From positions 1 through 26,953 of the forward strand of contig CBDAOC010000004.1 in assembly GCA_965197925.1 (NCBI GenBank): DNA of 26,953 bases, written 5' to 3'. Below, piece after piece: positions 20,923-26,953 of this stretch. The notes beneath the pieces were generated by a model that was given only the letters and a program-made list of their open reading frames with translations, had not been told where the DNA came from and did not search any database. This DNA is from Nitrososphaerales archaeon (GTDB lineage: Archaea > Thermoproteota > Nitrososphaeria > Nitrososphaerales > UBA213). The position numbers and the translations under genes are program-made. Each line of letters starts with the position of its first letter. Position 1 is the first letter of the stretch.

Positions 20923-21036
20923 ATTTATTTATGAAAAATGAAAAAGGATTTGTGATTGAACTTCCACTTCTCATATTGTTGTGTTGATCACAGTGCTGTT
21001 CGGTTACGCTTCCTGGACCAATTGGTTATTCAATAC

Positions 21037-21720
21037 TTAGGTTTCTTTAACTACTCCAAAGATTGCGCCCACATGTGGCATTGCGAGCCAGGGATCTCTA
21101 TCAGAGAAAAGCACAGTTTGTGGATGTTCTTGAAAATTCCATACAAGGTTATTCAAACCTTTAGAAAGTTTAAGCGCTGTTTTTCTATCTGTACGAATTC
21201 TTGTTGCATCACTAGTTCCTAGAATTTTAGATATTTCCTTTGGGATTTGTTGAGAGTTTGAAGACCAATCTGTAGGCCAATTTACAGGTATTACCTCAGC
21301 AGTTTTGGTATCAATATTATCTTCTCCAAATAATCTCCAACCTTTAATCAAAACTGCATTCTTATCCTTTGGTAGCTCATAGCCTGGAATTCTTTTCTTA
21401 GGCTGCCAGTCCAAGAGTTCAGAGGACCTTACATTATGTATTTCTATAACCTGTTTGTAAAAATTGTCTACTCTTTCCTTAATCTTGCTAGGTTCTTCCT
21501 TGTATTTAGCAGAGTTGGATTCTATCCAGTCCGTGGATTGTGATTGTAATGTATTTGCAACTATATTTATCGCCCGGGAGCTCAAACGAACCATCCCACG
21601 TTCCTGCGCATAACGTTGCCCCTCAAATTGAGTCTCCCCAATCATAAAAAGAGAGCAGACTACATGATAAGGAACGCCCGGAAATTCAAGATATCCCATT
21701 TCTTTTTTACTTTCAGACAT
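21037..21720 (-). CDS. Hypothetical protein, 227 aa
   Basis: Long clean ORF with purine-rich GGAG/GGGG just upstream of ATG. No family recognised. Confidence 0.7.
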   Translation of the reverse strand: MSESKKEMGYLEFPGVPYHVVCSLFMIGETQFEGQRYAQERGMVRLSSRAINIVANTLQSQSTDWIESNSAKYKEEPSKIKERVDNFYKQVIEIHNVRSSELLDWQPKKRIPGYELPKDKNAVLIKGWRLFGEDNIDTKTAEVIPVNWPTDWSSNSQQIPKEISKILGTSDATRIRTDRKTALKLSKGLNNLVWNFQEHPQTVLFSDRDPWLAMPHVGAIFGVVKET

Positions 21721-22110
21721 ACCCCTAATCTCCTTACCTTAACTTCATAGGAATATAAGCATATTGTACATGCAGGTCCAAAAATCATTTGTAGCGTGAA
21801 AACAAGATCGATGACCGTAGATACCAGATCAAACTCATATTGTTGCCAAAACTTCATGTCAATATCTTCTCAAATTGGAAGTACAATAACCCATTCAATC
21901 AGTAAGATTATGTGTTCTTGCCTTCTGTTCATACAAATGGTAAAGTTCGCAATTGAGCTTACAATCGTTATGCTATTGATGTTATCGAACTTAGTAACTC
22001 GAGAAAAAAGGATTGTGGTGTATCTGTGGAAGTGGGAGGAGATTACTAATCTCTAATTACGTAGAGTTGTCCCATTCAGTATGCCCTGTGAAAATAATCT
22101 CTGCAACGAA

Positions 22111-22353
22111 CTACTTTCCACCTTGGTCCAGTAAGGCTATCAGCGTGTCTGTTGTGTTCACCTTATGCGCGCCCCTAATCCCCGTCACAACATTTCTAAG
22201 ACTAATCATGTTATCTGATTCAACCTTAGCAAATATGTCGAATCTGCCATAAACACCCCGGACCTCCGTCACTTCTTGAATTTTCTCTAACTCCTTTATT
22301 ACGGACTCCTCATAACCAGGGTCGCTGGTTATTAGCACATATGCTATTGGCAT
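22111..22353 (-). CDS. Lrp/AsnC ligand-binding (RAM) domain protein, no HTH
   Basis: AYVLI..DPGYEE.VI.EL..I.EV.EV.GVYGRFDIFAKVE...IRG...V.TT.TLI. Confidence 0.9.
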   Translation of the reverse strand: MPIAYVLITSDPGYEESVIKELEKIQEVTEVRGVYGRFDIFAKVESDNMISLRNVVTGIRGAHKVNTTDTLIALLDQGGK

Positions 22354-22666
22354 ATCATCACAGTTTATTACGCTTCATATAGATGCTTTCTTTCTTGCTT
22401 TGGTTAAGAGTTTTATTTTATTTATACAGATTTCGTAGGATCCCCCAATTGAAATTAATTCTGGGGATGACACCCAATACTGAACAATCCCATTATTTTT
22501 AAGAATTCTAGTTATTCATGATTTGTAATGATGTGGGGTTCCTGTTTGAGAGTCATTCCTGGAAGGTTGATATGATAAACAAGGTGACGTTTACAATTGT
22601 ATTGATACAGCAGGTACAAATATAGCCTTATACCAATACTAAATAGATATTAGAATTTATTCAAGA

Positions 22667-24541
22667 ATGAAACTAGGTTACCTACCAACTATATTTGCTA
22701 CAGTTCTAATTCTTTTAACTGTCTTCTTAATCATTAGTCAAGTAAAATACATTGATGCCCAGCAGGTTGAAGGTGTATGGACGGAAGTTTTTCCCAGCCT
22801 TAACCCTGGAGAAAGGAAATCCTCTGCATGGGCTTATGATAGTATAAACAATGTTATCGTGCTATTCGGAGGACTTGCAGAAACGAGTGAAACATGGCTA
22901 TATGATCTGGCAAGTGAAACATGGGAACAAAAATTTCCAGTTGTGTCACCGCCCAGCAGAGCCGTTCATACCATAACTTTTGACAGCAAAAATGGTGTGG
23001 TTGTGTTGTTTGGCGGTTATAGAACGTCTCACGCAGACGAACTGAATGATACATGGGTATATGACGTTGGTACCAACACATGGAGAGAATAAAATCGGGT
23101 ATATGACGTTGGTACCAACACATGGAGAGAATAAAATCCAAAAGTAAGCCCTACTCAAAGACATTGGCCTGGATTAGTCTATGATAAAAAATATGAACAG
23201 GTAGTGTTGTTTGGCGGCCATGATGATCCATTAGATGAATCCAAGGAAATATTGAATGATATATGGTTCCTGGATGTAACAAACGAGACATGGACGCAAC
23301 AATTCCCTATACAGAGCCCATCCCCTCGGCATACAAACCTAATCTACAACGAGAATGATGGGCTGATTTATGCGTTTGGAGGGAAGAGTGAGTTTCACGA
23401 AGATTCTACTCTTGTTTTTGTATATTTTAATGACTTGTAGAAATATAATGTGCTAACAAACGAATGGTCAGTAGTACATGATAATAGTACATCGGATGAT
23501 ATCCCAGAACCCCGAAGAACCAAATGGACATATGATATCATCAATAATGTTGCCGTACTGTTTGGCGGAGATACGGAAGAGATGGTGTTCGGAGATACGT
23601 GGATCTATAATTTCGATCAGGATTTATGGACAGAGATAACTCCAACAATTTCTCCATTTGCACAGAGTCGGAATCTTATCATTTATGACCCTATTCATGG
23701 TAAAACATTACTTTATACAAGTAGATCAATTGTTGGACCAGATGGTGACTTTTGGGAGCTGCAATTGATTCTGGATTCCATCAATCAATCACCAATAGCA
23801 GATGCTGGCTCTAATCAAACTGTTGTCGGAAGGTCAATAGTTACTCTAGATGGAACTGGAAGTTCAGACCCAGACGGAGATCCTATTACATACTCATGGA
23901 ACCAGGCATCGGGTACAAATGTAACGTTGTCAGACGATACAATGGCTAGTCCAACATTTGTTGCTCCTTCAACTGTTGGGGAGATCATGTTAAGTTTCTC
24001 ATTGGTAGTTAACGATGGTCTAATTGATAGCCTACCAGATAGTGTATTTATTACAGTATCACCCCCAACAACTGGGGTCATCTGTCTACAAGAGGCTAGA
24101 CCATTGTTGGTACAGGTGGTGATGATCTTATTGTAGGAACTGAAGGTGATGACGTGATTCATGGCTTGGGTGGAAATGATACAATCAGAGGACTTGGAGG
24201 TGATGATCGTATCTGTGGTGGTGCTGGCGAGGATCGGTTGTTTGGTGGACCCGGTAATGATATAGTAGCGGGTGGTTCTGGCAATGATAGGATTTACGGT
24301 AGGAGGTAGTGATGCATTGTACGGAAATACAGGCGATGACGCCATATTCAGTGGAGGAGGAGATGACGGTGTGTTTGGTGGACCTGGAGGTGATATCATG
24401 TATGGGGGTACTGGTGATGACAGTCTTTTCGGGGGACCAGATGACGATAGGTTGCTGGGTGGTGTTGGAATAGACCTGCTTAATGGTGGTACTGGTCTTA
24501 ATGTCTGTAGCGAAGGTGAGACGGTAGTCAACTGTTCATAA
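22667..24541 (+). pseudogene. Secreted Kelch-type beta-propeller + PKD/Ig-like + RTX Ca-binding repeat protein, disrupted
   Basis: Signal peptide; repeated YD....VLFGG...DTW.YD....W blades; NQSPIADAG..TLDGTGSSDPDGDPITYSW Ig/PKD domain; GGxGxD nonapeptides to the C-terminus. In-frame stops at 23090, 23132 and 23438, plus frameshifts near 24095 and 24300. Confidence 0.85.
23055..23138. repeat. Perfect 42-bp tandem duplication
   Basis: GGGTATATGACGTTGGTACCAACACATGGAGAGAATAAAATC at 23055-23096 and 23097-23138. Confidence 0.95.
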
Positions 24542-25473
24542 ATTCATGAATTGAAATGTACACGGAACCAAGACAAAATATTTTATTTAACATCTCGGAT
24601 GGTTACTAATTGATTCGTGTTCCTAAAAGGTTTACTGATCTTTTCTTCAGCAATCTAGCTGAAACTAGAAAATATAGATCGGATAAAATAAAGCAAAATT
24701 GTAAAAAACCTTTCATTTGATTAACGTTGAACAAGTTATTTTCTTTGTGAGAATCTGAGTTTGTATTGAAAGATATTATAACAACTGAAGAGAATACACT
24801 GGAATTGTAATTCGTTTTATATCAAATAAACTAAGACGGAATTAACAATTATTTTTCCTGTCTTATGACCCAGATGATAATTCATCCTTTAAGTTTCTTA
24901 TGTCAATTAGCAAAAAAGATATCAAGCATCACATTCTTTCATATGATAGTGATTCCTCACCTCATGAATATTTCATGATTTGCTTATGTTCATGAGATGA
25001 TTTATGGATGAGATTGGACTCCACTTGAGATTATTCATGATATGAGAATAACTATGAGACAAATGGAACATTCTCAATAATCAGTATTTATCCTCAAGCA
25101 GTCTAGATTTTTATATTGTGCTGGATTTGGATATTAAAATTACATAATTTGTTGAATTGTTGATGAACCCTTTTGTTAAGTGCATAATATATGAAAAATA
25201 TGAGCTGGCCAAATGAACTGACCAAATGAACATGTGCAAACTTGGAATTCATTTATCTTTAAATACATCAAATCAAAGTTTCAATTCCTCTCATTATCCT
25301 TGATGATGAGATGCAACATCATATGAGATTGGAAGAACAAAACCATCGCATCCATGCAACAAATGTTGACATGCATATTGTCCTTCGATGGTGTATAATA
25401 TGACAACTCCTAGATCAACATTATACTATCTAAGCTTAAGGATATTACATTGCATCTATGGCTATCGACAAAT

Positions 25474-25863
25474 ATGTCAAACAACAAGTACGAAATAAAG
25501 AAGGGTATTCGAAATGGAGCGATTGCAGGACTCATTGCAGGACTGGTGTTAGCGGTTACTATGTTTGGTACAAACACTCTGGACCTTCAAGTGCTATTGC
25601 CTACCACTCTAATCGTAGGTGCAATATATGGTGTGTTGACATCCAACGATAGTGTTAAACCAGTAAGAACCAAAGATGCAGTATCATTGGGTGTAATTAC
25701 TGGATTGGTATCTTTCGCTGTAATAGCAAAGCCAGAATCAATGCCGTACACAGAATTACTTGTGCCATTACTACAGTATGCTCTCTTTGGTGCCATCTTA
25801 GGTTGGATGACCTCATTCCTGGCTAACAGGGAAGAGAAGCAGAAGATAGGCATCCACGCATAA
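25474..25863 (+). CDS. Hypothetical membrane protein (about 4 TM, Gly-rich helices)
   Basis: GAIAGLIAGLVLA, IVGAIYG, GVITGLVSF, LFGAILG. ATG at 25474 preferred over TTG at 25450. Confidence 0.75.
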   Translation: MSNNKYEIKKGIRNGAIAGLIAGLVLAVTMFGTNTLDLQVLLPTTLIVGAIYGVLTSNDSVKPVRTKDAVSLGVITGLVSFAVIAKPESMPYTELLVPLLQYALFGAILGWMTSFLANREEKQKIGIHA

Positions 25864-25866
25864 AGA

Positions 25867-25911
25867 AAGAATCCCGACGTTGGGCTTCTTAACTCCCCTC
25901 TTTTTCTTTTT
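25867..25911 (+). terminator. Putative terminator (short hairpin + T-tract)
   Basis: AAGAATCCCGACGTTGGGCTTCTT then TTTTTCTTTTT immediately after the stop, between convergent genes. Confidence 0.45.
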
Positions 25912-26007
25912 ACTAATTCCTTATCATTTAAGATTCGCTTCTGTTATGTTATAATTACCCTAGGCCAAGTCTACATGACTCGTTTCCTCATCAAACGTAA
26001 TACTTGT

Positions 26008-26478
26008 CTACAATAATGGGTTCTTGAATCTGGCAGCAGCTATCCCCATACCTACAACCGCCGTCATTATTACGAGAACGCTTAATGGAAATTCTGGAAC
26101 CACAAAGGTGCTCGTAGTATTCTCACCAGCATAACTCGCTCTCGCTGTGTAGGTACCGTTGATTTCATTTACAAACCAAAGTTCCACAACAAGGCAAAAG
26201 TTACCATGATAGGTGCATTGCTTGGGCCATTCTTCTTGAGCATGTACTTTCCAGGAATCATCGTGGTATATCATCAACCCCTTAGGGAATGTCAGAGCAG
26301 ATATCTGTTGAAGTTGCAGTATTTCTGCCCCTCATTTATCAAATAGAACTTGGGATCGTATTTATCCCATCCATATTGGCAGAGATTACTGGCAGTATGT
26401 TAGGATTTAGAGCAACAAGGATGTGGTTAGAACCAAAGTTAAGGCAAAAATAAATTCCCTACATAAGTCTGTTACCAA
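26008..26478 (-). pseudogene. PEF(G)-CTERM (archaeosortase-type) surface protein, 5' part broken
   Basis: C-terminus GTYTARASY..TSTFVVPEFPLSVLVIMTAVVGMGIAAARFK is PEF motif + TM + basic tail. A signal-peptide-like remnant (FIFALTLVLTTSLL) lies upstream near 26478-26410, separated by stops and frameshifts. Confidence 0.7.
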
Positions 26479-26680
26479 ACGAATTGGGTCAAACTTGCTA
26501 ATGGGCTTAAGGTGTCATGCCTGGCTTCTTTCGATGTCTATTGCTCTGGTCTCATAGATAAAATAAATGGTGCTAGATAGTACGAGCCGCCGCCGCGCCT
26601 TTAACTGGTTGAAGCTGATTAACTGCTACAGATTGATCCTACAAAAATAACATAAGCAGGTATTCCTGATATGATGCTCA

Positions 26681-26953
26681 TTGGCCTTAGTTGAAGACCT
26701 AGGTTGGTCATACCTTAGCGTTCTGCTGGTACTCTTCGGTATGAACGTGGCTCCAATACTGATGCCTCCTAGTTGGATGGTTCTCGTCTCCTTTTACGTT
26801 GCCTACCCTTCCCTCGATCCATTACACTTGTCCCTAATAGGAGCCACGACAGCAACCTGTGGAAAATTTCTTTTGACGTACATAAGTTCCAAGGGAGGGA
26901 GATTCGTAGGTGAGCAGAGGAGGGCAAGCTTGGACGTTCTCGGCAGATACTTG
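26681..26953 (+). CDS. Membrane protein, DedA/VTT (SNARE-associated)-like; partial, runs off the window
   Basis: Hand translation from TTG: MALVEDLGWSYLSVLLVLFGMNVAPILMPPSWMVLVSFYVAYPSLDPLHLSLIGATTATCGKFLLTYISSKGGRFVGEQRRASLDVLGRYL... open to the end of the window. Confidence 0.75.
   Translation, partial: MALVEDLGWSYLSVLLVLFGMNVAPILMPPSWMVLVSFYVAYPSLDPLHLSLIGATTATCGKFLLTYISSKGGRFVGEQRRASLDVLGRYL

Noticed and set aside
21660..22252. Short ORFs 21660..21857, 21796..22056 and 22013..22252
   Set aside because: Mutually overlapping, no motifs, partly antisense to or overlapping better-supported genes.
22440..22470. ATCCCC...GGGGAT inverted repeat as an Lrp operator or IS-end relic
   Set aside because: Only short arms and a single occurrence; cannot be distinguished from chance.
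23815..24531. 238-aa Pro/Ser-rich minus-strand ORF
   Set aside because: Antisense shadow of Gly/Asp-rich RTX and PKD codons.
2814..24541. Stop-codon readthrough or alternative genetic code explaining the in-frame TAA/TAG in the metzincin and Kelch genes
   Set aside because: The same genes also have frameshifts, two different stop codons are involved, and intact genes terminate normally at TAA, TAG and TGA.
26568..26640. tRNA or fluoride riboswitch
   Set aside because: No cloverleaf or T-loop GTTC, and the crcB-motif core GGCGATG...TCGCC is absent.

Overview
AT-rich archaeal chromosomal window. Gene content points to Nitrososphaerota/Thaumarchaeota (inference): a PEF(G)-CTERM tail, split cofG/cofH, NreA, DUF99, a stand-alone Lrp/AsnC domain and a GNA1-like acetyltransferase. 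Intact housekeeping blocks (larB | purK-purE; DUF99; nreA; dienelactone hydrolase; cofG-cofH; GNAT) sit among five insertion sequences. Three are copies of one ~1.1-kb DDE element with GAGGC...GCCTC ends, one is a decayed IS5-family element carrying a ~17-copy 16-bp minisatellite, and one is a frameshifting IS5 element. Several accessory genes are broken: a secreted metzincin, a class III nucleotide cyclase, a Kelch/PKD/RTX surface protein, a PEF-CTERM protein and a truncated STAS-like/ATPase gene. I found no CRISPR array, rRNA or tRNA, and no convincingly new multi-gene system. The most notable structure is that all six flanks of the three-copy IS fit an 8-bp A-N-N-T-A-N-N-T target, yet no copy has its own matching pair. 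This suggests IS-mediated shuffling, possibly with cofG-cofH-GNAT inside a composite-transposon-like unit. Several small genes missing from the ORF track were read by hand. Family assignments come from motif recognition, not database searches.
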